Origin: Octopus vulgaris
Lineage: Eukaryota
Assembly: GCA_951406725.2 (NCBI GenBank)
Contig: OX597816.1
Coordinates: 155,682,001 to 155,746,000 of the forward strand
Length of the DNA: 64,000 bases
Reading direction: 5' to 3'
Shown here: one piece after another, positions 38,358 to 51,319 of the stretch
How positions within the stretch are numbered: position 1 is the first letter of the stretch
How the letters are laid out: every line of letters begins with the position of its first letter
Program-made: the position numbers and the translations under genes
Notes under the pieces: generated by a model
Told to the model about the DNA's origin: nothing
The model's input: only the letters and a program-made list of their open reading frames with translations
Databases searched by the model: none

Positions 38358-38798
38358 ATATAAATAAAACAAATGAAAGACAATATGGAATATACGAGAA
38401 TATATTATTAATCACAACTATTGTTTCGACGCATCTAGCATCGACTCCTCTTGTGAGACACATAAAAAAACTAGTTCAGGAGTATCTGGTGGTGCAGACA
38501 TATTTCATCGGATGATAAATAAATAAAAAAACTCGTTAAAATGGCTGTTTCATAATATTCACAGACATACTTATAAGTATACATACATGTGGATATGTGC
38601 GTGAGCATATAGATAGAGAAATATATATATAGAGAGAAAGTGAGAGGGAGAGAGGAATTTCATAGAACAAACAGGAGAAATAGAATTCAATACCTGACTA
38701 TGTATACTATTTCAATATTTCTAATCAGTGGTAAGTGACATGTAGCAAACTTTGTAAAATACACATACACATGCTTATATACATGCATGCATATATAC

Positions 38799-38831
<33 letters not shown>

Positions 38832-38849
38832 TCTATCTATCTATCCACT

Positions 38850-39135
38850 CAGTCGAAGTCGACTCTCGGTTACTTGTTGGATCAGTGTCCTCCAGTCAGT
38901 TCTTTCCTGGGTCGCTTCTTTCAGATTGGCTGTGTCCATTCTGGTATCACTCTTGATGGTGTCAAGCCAGCGGGTCCTTGGTCGGCCTCTTCCTCTCTTG
39001 CCACTGACCATTCCAAGCATGATGTCCTTCTCCAGGGATTTTCTCCGCATATGATCGAAATATGCCAATCTATGCTTGGTGAGCTTAGCTTCTAGTGACA
39101 TTTTTGGCCTGATCTGCTTAAGAACTTCTCCATTA
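38850..39135 (-). mobile_element. RTE (BovB-like) ORF C-terminal fragment
   Basis: SLEAKLTKHRLAYFDHMRRKSLEKDIMLGMVSGKRGRGRPRTRWLD. Confidence 0.8.
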
Positions 39136-39539
39136 ATGTCCAGCACATGCCAACATGGAAAACAGACATTAAACGATGATGATGATGACATATATATATG
39201 TCATTCATTTGTATAAATATGTGTTATACACACACATATCTTTGCATGGCTCAGTGGTTAGAGTGTCAGGCTCACAATCATGGAGTAGTGAGTTCAATAC
39301 GTGGAACTGGCTGTGTTCTTGAACATACGTAGGCTTGAATGGAATGAAGCTAGTATGATCCACTGAATGTGTAATGTCAGTGTGCATACACGACAGAGTG
39401 TAAGCGCCCTGAGAGAAAAGTAGGGCATAAGAAGCATCAAATGTGGTGTGCAAGAGAGACGACTATGTCTCTGCAGATTTCTCATCAGGAAAATCAAGGA
39501 ACTTATGTCGACATCAAAATGCACAAAAAACTTTTAGCT

Positions 39540-40324
39540 GACCGCTCTCAAGGAGCCCATGGCGATAATGAGTATCTCTTTATAAGGAGTGACATCAGAG
39601 TGGCTGAATGTAGAAGACTCTAGAAGGTTCTAAAGGTTCAAGGGTTCAAACGAAGTAGGAGGGAGGCATAAGAATAGTAAGGTGAGAGAGTGCAGGTCAA
39701 AAGAATGGTGGGTTTAAATGATTTCTTTTATGAATGAGTGCCTGTGTGTGTGACTGTATATAACTGTCTTAATGTGTGTATGAATGCGTGATTGTGTTTG
39801 TGGATGGGTAGATGTCAGAAAACTGACAGCTGTGAGGTGAGAGGTCTGTGTCTTTGATTATGTTTACTGTAGAGAAAGGAAAGTAGATAGCGAAAGGGAG
39901 AAAGAATCGGGCGAGGTGAGAGGCAACGTAAGAATGGATAGTATTAATTGGGAATATAAGAAAATCTTTTTGAATATTGGGGTGAAATATAGCAAAAACT
40001 TTTTTTGGGAATCGAGGGGTTATCTATATTAGTCACTATTTATATGAGTGAAAGGTGTGTCTTTTCCAGTGTAAACACCTGTAGGATCTTTTGACGATTG
40101 TATTTATTAAAGGGACTTTGACGAACAAAATATGAAAAAGTTTCTGCCTTTATCAAATGGGAAGGACACCGACAAAATGGACCGGTGTCCTTCCCGTTTG
40201 ATAAAGGCAGAAAATTTTGTGGCATCTGTAATTCCGAACTTTTTCATATTTTGTTCGCCAAAGTCCCTTTAATAAATACAATCGTCGAAAGATCCTACAG
40301 GTGTTTACACTGGAAAAGACACAC
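39540..40324 (-). mobile_element. 5'-truncated Penelope-like element with an inverted 5' copy
   Basis: Arms encode FPFDKGRKFCGICNSELFHILFAKVPLINTIVERSYRCLHWKRH(TFHSYK*), homologous to the C-terminus of ORF 59980-60549; fold-back at 40055-40324. The 39540 boundary is approximate. Confidence 0.75.
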
Positions 40325-40687
40325 AGATGCTATAGTGGAAGATACTTGACCAAGATACCATGCAGAGGGACTGAACCTGATGTTAAATAAGGAACTAAGC
40401 TTCTTAACCACCTGGCCATACCTATGTATATATACAGACACACAGCAACCTATTTACAGATACAGAGTATAGTATATTTGCATCAATAAACATATACATA
40501 GATAAATATATGCATATGAATATATATTTGATGAATCTTGAAGTTTCTCTTCTCTCTAATATAAGATATTTTGAAGTTGTAAACTTTGTAATGTAAATTT
40601 CATCATCATAAAATTATAGCCATGTATGTGTGTATCCATGTACATGTGTGTGTGAATGAGTGTATATATATATATATATATATATTC

Positions 40688-41073
40688 TCTTTTACTCTTT
40701 TACTTGTTTCAGTCATTTGACTGCGGCCATGCTGGAGCACCGCCTTTAATCGAACAACTCGACCTCAGGACTTATTCTTTTGTAAGCCCAGTACTTATTC
40801 TATCAGTCTCTTTTGCCGAACCGCTAGGTAACGGGGACATAAACACACCAGCATCGGTCATCATCAATGCTAGGGGGACAAACACAGACACGCATATATA
40901 TACATATATACGACGGGCTTCTTTCAGTTTCCATCTACCAAATCCACTCACAAGGCGTTGGTCGGCCTGAGGCTATAGTAGAAGACATTTGCCCAAGGTG
41001 CCATGCAGTGGGACTGAACCCAGAACCATGTGGTTGGTAAACAAGCTACTTACCACACAGCCACTCCTGCGCC

Positions 41074-41074
<1 letters not shown>
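40688..41074 (-). mobile_element. Full-length family A SINE
   Basis: Minus head aggcgcaggagtggctgtgtggtaag...gggttcagtccc; tail (gtaaaaga)n. Confidence 0.9.
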
Positions 41075-41107
<33 letters not shown>

Positions 41108-41374
41108 CATATATCATTATCATCACTTAACATCTGTTGTCCATGTTGGAATGGGTTGGTTTGACCAGGAGGCTAGCAAGCTGGAAGGCTACACCAGACT
41201 CCAGTCTAATTTGACAGCTGGATACTCTTCCTAATGCCAATCACATATTTATGTGTGTGTGTATGTATATAAGTATGAATGTACGGATGAATAAACACAC
41301 ACACTTGTGATGTTTTTTGACACATCATTTAAAACTAATTTCCAAGAGTAGAAAATATTAAAAATCTTGCGTAC

Positions 41375-41442
41375 CTGATCTGGCAGAGAAAATGTAAGGA
41401 TGAGATTGTTGGGTGCTCTGAACATGAATATACGAGCAGTTC
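41375..41442 (-). CDS. WDR93: WDR93-like coding exon 3
   Basis: tattttacag| (G)TARIFMFRAPNNLILTFSLPDQ |gtacgc; 68 nt, phase 1 to 0, compatible with both neighbours. Confidence 0.82.
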
Positions 41443-41883
41443 CTGTAAAATATAAAGGAAGTCCCATATTAAAAATCTACTTAATTCAACAAGGACAAGT
41501 TAGAAATTAGCAAGATAAAGAAAGTAGAAGACAGATATTTGTGTTCATATATATATAATATCATCTTGATATCATACTTAATATATTTATTTCATCTATC
41601 TCTATATCTTATATTTATCATAAATATTTAAATTTAAATATAAATATAAGATATAGAGATAGATAAAATAAATAGATAAATCTATATAAAGTGCATAGAT
41701 ACAAATAACATACGAAATGAACCCATACACACACATAAACACAGAAGAAATTTCACGGACAGCCACACTAATGTCAATAACAATATATATATATAATGAT
41801 TGATTTTTGATTTTTCCAGTTTCAGCTAATGAGCTGTGGCCATGCTGGGGTACCGCCATTTAAAATACTGCGAGTATTTTAAA

Positions 41884-41959
41884 TGTATATGTATATATAT
41901 ATATATGTATGTATGTATGTATATATATATACATACATACATACATATATATATATATG

Positions 41960-42004
<45 letters not shown>

Positions 42005-42135
42005 GTATGTACGTATATGTATATATATATATATGTATGTATGTATGTCTGTACGTATATGTATATATATATATATGTATGTATGTATGTATATGTATAT
42101 ATATATATATACATATATATGTATGTATGTACGTG

Positions 42136-42166
<31 letters not shown>

Positions 42167-42167
42167 G

Positions 42168-42210
<43 letters not shown>

Positions 42211-42330
42211 GTACGTATATATATGTATGTATGTATGTACGTATATATATGTATGTATGTATGTACGTATATATATGTATGTATGTATGTACGTATATAA
42301 TATGTATGTATGTATGTATGTACGTATATG

Positions 42331-42364
<34 letters not shown>

Positions 42365-42632
42365 CGTATATATATATATGTATGTATGTACGTATATATA
42401 TATATGTATGTATGTACGTATATATATATATGTATGTATGTACGTATATATATATATGTATGTATGTACGTATATATATGTATGTATGTATGTACGTATA
42501 TATATGTATGTATGTATGTACGTATATAATATGTATGTATGTATGTATGTACGTATATAATATGTATGTATGTATGTATGTACGTATATGTATATATATA
42601 TATATATGTACATATATATATACGTATATATA

Positions 42633-42668
<36 letters not shown>

Positions 42669-42699
42669 CGTATATATATATATATATGTATGTATGTAC
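41884..42699. repeat. Compound (TA)n/(TATG)n/(TACG) microsatellite
   Basis: About 800 bp of direct simple repeat. Confidence 0.95.
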
Positions 42700-44943
42700 T
42701 AAGGCAATTAGAAGCATGAAGACAGGGAAAGCCCCAGGCCCATCAGGAATCACTGCAGAGATGCTCAAAATGTCTGGTAGTGTCGGCTATAGCCTAGTCA
42801 CCCGTATAGTTAATCAGGTGATACACAAAGGGGTCATACCCAATGACTGGTGTAGCAGTATAATAGTCAACTGCTACAAAGGTAAAGGTGATGCCCTAGA
42901 TACAAATAACTACAGAGGTATCAAGCTGTTGGACCAGGTGATGAAGGTTACGGAGAGGGTCATAGCCCAACTAATTAGAGAGAGAGTTAGTTTAGATGAG
43001 ATGCAGTTTGGGTTTGTGCCAGGGAAAAGTACTACTGATGCTATATTCCTGGTAAGGCAGCTGCAGGAGAAATACCTAGCCAAAGATAAGCCCCTGTACC
43101 TGGCTTTTGTTGACATGGAGAAAGCCTTCAACAGGGTCCCCCGATCCCTTATCTGGTGGGCAATGAGGAAACTAGGGATAGATGAATGGTTAGTGAGAGC
43201 TGTGCGGGCCATGTATAGGGACGCCGCTAGTAGGGTGAGGGTTGGAAATGTGTACAGTGAAGAATTCCGGGTAGAGGTAGGAGTCCACCAAGGCTCAGTA
43301 CTCAGCCCCCTCCTATTTATCATAGTCCTCCAGGCAATAACGGAGGAATTCAAGACAGGATGCCCTTGGGAGCTCCTCTATGCTGATGACCTTGCTCTAA
43401 TTGCTGAGTCGCTATCAGAACTGGAGGAGAAGTTTCAGGTGTGGAAACAAGGATTAGAATCGAAGGGCCTCAGAGTCAATCTAGCTAAAACCAAAGTCGT
43501 AATCAGTAGGAAGGTAGACAAATCACAAACACCTTCAGGTAGATGGCCCTGCTCGATCTGTAGAAAAGGTGTAGGTAGAAACTCTATAAGATGCACCAAG
43601 TGTAAGCTATGGACACATAAGAGATGCAGCAATGTCAAAGGAAGGCTAACTAGGAAGATGGTTTTTGTATGTGGCAGATGCTCAGGAACAATAAACACTG
43701 AAAATGCTCTGAGACCAACTTCCGTCACTTTCCAGGGAGAAAAACTAGAAATAGTTGATAGTTTCCATTACCTAGGTGACCAAGTCAGCAGCGGGGCGGG
43801 TGTGCTGAAAGTGTAACTGCTAGAGTAAGAATAGCTTGGGCAAAGTTCAGAGAGCTCTTACCTCTGCTGGTGACAAAAGGCCTCTCACACAGAGTGAAAG
43901 GCAGACTGTATGATGCGTGTGTATGAACAGCCATGCTACATGGCAGTGAAACATGGGCCGTGACTGCTGAGGATATGCGTAAGCTCGCTAGAAATGAAGC
44001 CAGTATGCTCCGATGGATGTGTAATGCCGGTACTCACACTCGGCAGAGTGTAAGTACCTTGAGAGAAAAGCTGGACCTAAGAAGCATCAGTTGTGGTGTG
44101 CAAGAGAGACGTTTGCGCTGGTATGGTCATGTGGCGAGAATGGATGAAGATAGTTGTGTGAAAAAGTGCCACACCCTAGCGGTTGAGGGAACCTGTGGAA
44201 GAGGCAGACCCAGGAAAACCTGGGACGAGGTGGTGAAGCACGACCTTTGAACTTTAGGTCTCACTGAGGAAATGACTAGAGACCGAGACCTCTGGAAGTG
44301 TGCTGTGCGCGAGAAGACCCGGCAGGACAAGTGAGTCCATAACCCGTGGCCTTCTACATGGGATGGAGTCGGCCTACGTATGCATACCTTCCCTTCTTGG
44401 GACACAAAACTCTACTTGTGAAGACGTGTTGAGGCAAGTGAGGATCAGAATCGAAATCGATCAATGGAAATTGCGGATGTGCTACCAGTGCCGGTGGCAT
44501 GTCAAAACTCTGCTTGTGAAGACCCGTTGAGGCAAGTGAGGATCAGAATCGAAATCGATCAATGGAAATCGATCAATGGAAATTGCAGATGTGTTACCAG
44601 TGCCGGTGGCATGTAAGAGAACTTTCCGTTTCGCGACCGTTGCCAGCACCGCCCTGTTTCGTGTCCGTTGCCAGCCTCGCCTGGCCCTCGTGCCGGTGGC
44701 ACATAAAAAGCACCATCCGTTCGTGGCCGTTTGCCAGCTCTGTCTGGCACCAGTGCGGGTGGCACGTAAAAAGCACCCACTACACTCACGGAGTGGTTGG
44801 CGTTAGGAAGGGCATCCAGCCGTAGAAACACTGCCAGATTTGACTGGGCCTGATGAAGCCTTCTGGCTTCACAGACCCCAGTAGAACCGTCCAACCCATG
44901 CTAGCATGGAAAACGGACACTAAACGATGATGATGATGATGAT
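42700..44943 (+). mobile_element. Young 5'-truncated RTE-clade LINE: RT, PHD finger, long 3' UTR, (GAT)n tail
   Basis: KAPGPSG, NYRGIKLL, QFGFVPGKSTTDAIF, FVDMEKAFNRV, GVHQGSVLSPLLF, YADD, YLG, GRGRPRKTW; one frameshift near 43800 and two TGA stops at apparent Arg (CGA) positions; ORF ends at TGA 44334. Confidence 0.95.
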
Positions 44944-44970
44944 ATATATATGTATATATGTACGTATATA

Positions 44971-45343
44971 CTCTTTACTCTCTTTTACTTGTTTCAGTCA
45001 TTTGACTGCGGCCATGCTGGAGCACCACCTTTAGTCAAGCAAATCGACCCCGGGACTTATTCTTTTGCCGAACCGCTAAGTGACGGGATGTAAACACACC
45101 AGCATCGGTTGTCAAGCAATGCTAGGGGGACAAACACAAAGATATACACACACACTTATATATATATAAACATATATATACGACAGGCTTCTTTCAGTTT
45201 CCGTCTACCAAATCCACTCACAAGGCATTGGTCGGCCCGGGGCTATAGCAGAAGACACTTGCCCAAGATGCCACGCAGTGGGACTGAACCCGGAACCATG
45301 TGGTTGGTTAGTAAGCTACTTACCACACAGCCACTCCTGCGCC
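44971..45343 (-). mobile_element. Full-length family A SINE
   Basis: Colinear with 40688-41074. Confidence 0.9.
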
Positions 45344-45359
45344 TATATATATATATATG

Positions 45360-45400
<41 letters not shown>

Positions 45401-45876
45401 GTACGTATATATGTATGTACGTACGTATATATGTATGTACGTACGTATGTATGTACGTACGTATATATGTATGTACGTATGTATGTATGTATGTACGTAC
45501 GTATATATGTATGTATGTATGTATGTACGTATATATATATATATATATATAGTCCCTCTTGTTTACCGTCAACATATATGATATTTCAGCAATATATGAT
45601 GCACTACATGTGAATAGATGATGAAAGATCAGAAAATAAATCTTGATGAAATTGTGTTTTTGTTTCTGTTTTGTGCACATGCAATGTATGAAGTTCAAAA
45701 CAGCGAAATCCAGTGACATTTGAAAAAAACAAAATCTGCTGTATCAGATAGGGATAGAAACGTAGACAAACCAGCACCATAATTCTCCACCATTCACTCT
45801 CCATTCATTACCTTGCTTTTCATGCATGATTCTCATTCTTCTTATTTCTCACAGTTTCACTATTTGAGAGCACAAG

Positions 45877-45933
<57 letters not shown>

Positions 45934-46481
45934 GAGAGAGAGAGAGAGATTAAAGAGACACTGAAGGAGAAAGGAAAACTGAGTTTGACATGACACAAAC
46001 CTATTTTCTTATCTTTCTTTTAATGACTCATTATCAACATTTATGCATATCTTTTTTTTAAGTAGGATGAGGTCTGAAAGGGATTCGGCTGCTATTTCTC
46101 AAAATACATGTCATACAAATCTCTACCACATGACAAGGTGAGTAACAAGATATAGGCTTACGTCAACTTTCATTGGGAATTGTTTCCAATACTTAATGCA
46201 GAAAATGATTCAGCATGCAAGAACATTAAAAACCATTTTTAGCTTCTGTCTGTTTTAATAAATGGTTTGTACATGTTTTAACGTGTATTTTTATTTGATT
46301 TTTCCACTTCAGTGTTGCTTTCAGGTGGCTTTTTAAAAACATTCATGCTTTTAGATATGTTTACTGAGGCCAACATAAGTCATATAAATCAATGAGGTTC
46401 GGTTTTTTTGCAATTAAAAAAAAAAACAAAAAATGACTTGAGGATGACTTAATGTAAAATAAATAAATAAATAAATATATA

Positions 46482-46731
46482 AATGCACCCTTTTAAAGCC
46501 GAGCCAAGCTCATGAGCCTGGTTTCCCAGTTTCTATGGCATATGTGTTCCCCAGCTGGACAGGACGCCAGTCCATCGCAACGTTACTCGTTTTTGCCAGC
46601 TGAGTGGACTGGAGCAATGTGAAAATGAAGTGCTTTGCTCAAGAACACTATGCGTCGCCTGGTCCAGGAATCAAAACCACAATCTTATGATCATGATGCT
46701 GACACCCTAACCACTAAGCCACGCACTTCCA
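46482..46731 (-). mobile_element. tRNA-derived CORE-like SINE, family D
   Basis: Minus head gcgtggcttagtggttagggtg...ggttttgattcc, then ttgagcaaagcacttc...ttgctccagtccactcagctgg; related copies at 47262-47595 and 56500-56773. Confidence 0.75.
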
Positions 46732-47261
46732 CACACACAAAAAAAAATAAGTAACTTGACATGACATAAGTTGAGGCATGTCTGTATATGGTTTTATGGT
46801 TTTGGAATACATAGCAAACAATGCACACCAACAATTCACATTTAAACAGACAGAGAAACAGATTAATAGATATAAGTGAATGGATCATTTCTCTGTTTCA
46901 AACACGAGTCTTTCACTCAATTAACTGAAATACATTGTCAGTCACTGAAGATTGCAGACAATTAATATAATACTCAGACATAATCAGAATGACTCACTTT
47001 GCAATAAAGATATCTCTTTCAGTTACAGGTACACTTCATCCAAAAGTCCTTCTCACAGTTTCTGCCAACCCAATTTCATTCAGGGACCTTGGATTGACAC
47101 AAGGTTATCATAGAAGAAATTTTCCCAAAGTCTTATACAATGATATAAAACCTGGTACTACATGGTTTGTATGGCAAACATCTTAACTACTTGGCTATAC
47201 GTGAAATAAGGTCTGATAAAAATCTAATATCTTATATTCTTACATATCTTTTATATCTGAG

Positions 47262-47595
47262 ACCCCCTTCGGTCACGACACAGACCATGGGATTGCACCT
47301 AGAAAGTTACCCTCTCAGGCACAAGTCTGGGCAAGGTTGTTTATAGAAGACCAGCAGTCACCCATGCATACTGGCCTCCCCTCTCCACGCCACCAGTATT
47401 ATCCAAGGGAAAGGCAGCAGCCGATACAGCTTGGCAACCGTGATGTTGCACCTCATTTCTACAGCTGAGTGAACTGGAGCAACGTGAAATAAAGTGTCTT
47501 GCTCAAGAACACAACACGCAGCCCGGCCCGGGTTTCGAGCTCACAACCTCATGATCATAAGCTCGACGCTCTAACCACTGAGCTATGTGCCTTCA
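47262..47595 (-). mobile_element. Family D-related SINE
   Basis: gctcagtggttagagcgtcg...gagctcgaaaccc...ttgagcaagacactttatttcacgttgctcc. Confidence 0.75.
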
Positions 47596-47870
47596 TCTTT
47601 TATATATATCAAGTACTATAAGAAATTCTCTTAATCAGTTGAATTTAGCACTTTTTGATGGTATTGTGCCTTGCAGCAGTGCCAGGGTGAATTAATACCA
47701 TTAAGCAATTTTCCCTCTAGAAACCCAAGCAACAGCATTACCAAACTCAGGACAACAATATCAACCATTCTAACCAACCATGTATCAATTAGTTTTGCTG
47801 TTATCTTGCTCTCAGTTTTATCTTTCTCTCACATATCCTTGTCACATCTAATCAAAGTACAATATCTTAC

Positions 47871-48069
47871 CAACATCATCTAGTGCTGTGATGGCAAATG
47901 TCTGTGTATCTAAAAAATATTGACTGACAGATTGTATCTCTGAGTTTTCAGATTTCCACATGGCACATATTTCTTGAGTGGAAGCATCTAAGATGTACAA
48001 ACCATCTTTGGTACCCAAAGATGAATATATTGATCCATTACATCCACTGAAGCTGTTTATTTTTGGTAC
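47871..48069 (-). CDS. WDR93: WDR93-like coding exon 2
   Basis: ttgtag| VPKINSFSGCNGSIYSSLGTKDGLYILDASTQEICAMWKSENSEIQSVSQYFLDTQTFAITALDDV G|gtaaga; 199 nt, phase 0 to 1, open frame. Confidence 0.88.
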
Positions 48070-48554
48070 CTACAATTCACAAAACAGAGCATATTTATAG
48101 AGAATATTAGATATGTTGAATAAGTAAGTGTATGTACAAATATTTATTTCTAAGGTACAAAGCCAGAAATTTTGAGAGGGATTTAGTTAATATCTTTGGT
48201 CCCAGTACATGAATAGTGCTTTATTTTATCGACCCCAGAGGGGTGAATGGCAAAGTTGATGTTGACAGGATTTATGCTCAGAATATAATGACCTGCAAGG
48301 CATTTTTTTCTGTTTCCCTAAGGATTTTGCCAGTCAACCATCCAGTTGAGGTACAAATTCTCTGTGGGTAGGAAAAGACGAATACCTGGTCTCTGTTGGA
48401 GCTGTGAAAAACTTTGAAACTAGTGAACTTGATATTCACTTTTGGGCAGCAGAAAGACAATCACATGGGTCTCTCTCTCTCACACACACACACATGGAGT
48501 AGTATAATTTTCATGAAGCACTGTCTCACATATATAAATCCCCTGTCTTTAAAC

Positions 48555-49432
48555 ATTCATTTGCTTCAGTCATTAGACTGTGGCCATGCTGGAGCACTGC
48601 CTTAAATAATTTTAGTCAAACACATTAACCCCAGTAATTATTTCTTTTAAAGCCAGGCACATATTTTATTAGTCTCTTTTGCTGAACTGCTAATTTATAG
48701 GGATATAAGCACACCAACACCAGTTGTCAAGCAATGGTGGGAGGCATACACAGGTACAAGTACACCCCCCCCAACACACATGTACACACACATATATGAT
48801 GGGCTTCTTTCAGTTTTTATCTACCAAATCCACTCACAAGGCTTTGATCAGGCTGAAGCTATGGAAGAAAACACACGCCCAAGGTGCCATGCCTTGACCT
48901 ATGCTTATAATTTTTTTAAAAGTAAAAACAATGCAATATATATATATACACATATACGATGGGCTTCTTCCAGTTTCCATCTACCAAATCAACTCACAAC
49001 GCCTGAGGTTATACTAGAAGACACTTACCCAAGGTGGCACACAGTGGGACTGAACCCGGGAGCATGTGGTTGGTAAGCAAGCTACTTACTCCTGCACCTA
49101 TAATGTCCACCTTTCCATGCTTGTATGGGTCAGACGGAGTTTATTTGTGGTAAATTTTCTACCACTGGCTCTCCATCCTGTTGCTAGCCCTCACTCATTT
49201 CCAAGCAAGGTAATATTCTTTTCTAAACTAGGCACAAGGCCTGAAATTTTGAGGGAGGGGGCCAATCAATTAGATTGACTCCAGTACACAACTAGTACTT
49301 AATTTATCAACCCTGAATGGATGAAAGGCAAAGTTGACCTCAGTGGAATTTGAACTCAGAATATAAAGACAGATGAAATACTGCTAAGCATTTCGCCCGG
49401 TGTACTAACATTTCTGCCAGCTCGCCACCTTC
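48555..49432 (-). mobile_element. Cluster of family A SINE pieces and a family B SINE (49228-49432)
   Basis: Recognisable family motifs on the minus strand. Confidence 0.7.
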
Positions 49433-49729
49433 AAAGCAAGGTAATATTTCCCCAAGACCAGATATTTTCTTGCAGAACAGTGGAAAGGAATTGCACTGCT
49501 TGTATGATAGTGATACTCATTTACAATGATCATACAATATCAAGATAAGGAAACACAAACACACACATATACATAAATACAATGGATTTCTTCCAATTTC
49601 TGTCTCCTAAAGACACTCACAAGGTGCCTCACAGTGGGACTGAGCCTGGAATCTTGTGTTGGGGAGCAAACTTTTTACTATACAGCCATGCCTGCACTTT
49701 ACACCAACACCTATATATGTGTGTGTGTG

Positions 49730-50434
49730 TGTGGAAGAGGTAGACCCAGGAAGACCTAGGATGAGGTGGTGAAGCACAATCTTTGAACAGTAGGCCTCAC
49801 CGAGGCAATGACTAGTAACTGAGGCATTTGGAAATATGCTGTGCTTGAGAAGACCCAGAAAGCCAAGTGAGACCATAACCCGTGGCCTATGCCAGTGGTG
49901 TAACCAGCCCACATATGCGTACTTTTCCTTCATTGGTCACTAAACTCTGCTTGTGAAGACCTGTTGAGGCAAGAGAAATTGAAATCAAGTTTGATGACAG
50001 CACTGCTTGACTGGCATCCATGCTAGTGGAGCACTAAGAGTACCATCCAAGCATGATTGTTGCCAGCGTCGCTGACTGGCTCCTATGCCAGTGGCACGTA
50101 AAATGCACCATCCGAGCATGATCGATACCAGTGTTGCCTTACTGTGAGATCATTGCCAGTGCTGCTGGACTGGCTCCTGTGCAGGTGGGACGTAAAAAGC
50201 ACCTTTTGAGATTGGCTGTTGCCAGTACCGCTTCACTTGCCCTCATGCTGGTGGCATGTAAAAGCAACCACTACACTCTCGGAGTGGTTCGCATTAGAAA
50301 GGGCATCCAGCTGTAGAAATTCTACCAGATCAGATTGGAGCCTGATGCAGCCATCTGGCTTGCCAGTCCTCAGTCAAACCATCCAACCCATGCCAGCATG
50401 GAAAGCGGATGTTCAACAATGATGATGATGATGA
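49730..50434 (+). mobile_element. RTE 3' fragment
   Basis: GRGRPRKT-coding end, 3' UTR units, (GAT)n tail. Confidence 0.85.
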
Positions 50435-50451
50435 TATATATATTCATATAT

Positions 50452-50688
50452 ATATAATTATAATAATGTCTTAGAAAAATTTTCAAGCCTGTATGCTGAG
50501 AAATAGACACTAAATCATCTCATCACTCAAAGAAGTCATAAATATATGTATTGAATTTGATGCAACAAGCTTGTTGCATCACATTCAACATGTGTGTTTG
50601 TGACTTGTTTGAGTGGTGAGACGATTTATTTTCTATTTCTCAGCATATAGGCTAGAAGATTTTACTAAGCTCTTATTGTAATTATACA
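50452..50688. repeat. Imperfect palindrome centred on AAGCTT (50567-50572)
   Basis: Core tgatgcaacaag|cttgttgcatca; arms pair out to about 115 bp. Confidence 0.85.
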
Positions 50689-50774
50689 TATAATTTTCAT
50701 CTTAATTGGTTTCATTTTATATGCTGGCCACTGATAAAATTAAAAAAAAAGTTTTATCCTCTATTATTGTAATT

Positions 50775-51076
50775 AAAAGCACCATCCAAATCGTGGCCGA
50801 TGCCAGCGCCGCCTTGACTGGCTTCCGTGCCAATGGCATGTAAAATACACCAATCCGATCATGGCCGTTGCCAGCCTCGCCTGGCACCTGTGCAGGTGGC
50901 ATGTAAAAAGCACCCACTACACTCACGGAGTGGTTGGCGTTAGGAAGGGCATCCAGCTGTAGAAACACTGCAAGATCAGACTGGAGCCTGGTGCAGCCTT
51001 CTGGCTTCCCAGATCTTCGGTCGAACCGTCCAACCCATGCTAGCATGGAGAACAGATGTTAAACGATGATGATGAT
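50775..51076 (+). mobile_element. RTE 3' UTR fragment
   Basis: Same family as 28222-28600. Confidence 0.85.
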
Positions 51077-51283
51077 ACAGATGCGGGTGACCGTATGAGT
51101 ACCGTTGGCGATTTTTTTTTTCCTCCGTCTTCCCTTCTTTAGATCTTTCCTTTTCCTATGTTTCTGATTAAGAGCTCTGCTTGAAGTGCTAAACCCTCCT
51201 TCTTTCCTGAGTGTCCAATAATTCTATACTTGTTCCACGTCCTCGCGTTGTTGTGTTTTCTCTTTGTGTTTTCATGTTTGGAT

Positions 51284-51319
<36 letters not shown>

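Noticed and set aside
38410-38460. Hammerhead-like motifs on the minus strand here and near 39535-39600
   Set aside because: Catalytic cores are too degenerate (AAGAGGA; CTGATGT...GAGAG) to support a call.
41836-42768. Long YIYI/MYVC/HTHT ORFs here and at 2500-6200, 16900-17600, 37630-38100, 45240-45720, 51380-52340 and 56100-56600
   Set aside because: Translations of (TA)n, (TATG)n and (CA)n microsatellites that lack stops by composition.
42539-43816. 425 aa ORF as a host gene
   Set aside because: The N-terminus is microsatellite and the rest is the RT of a 5'-truncated RTE LINE.
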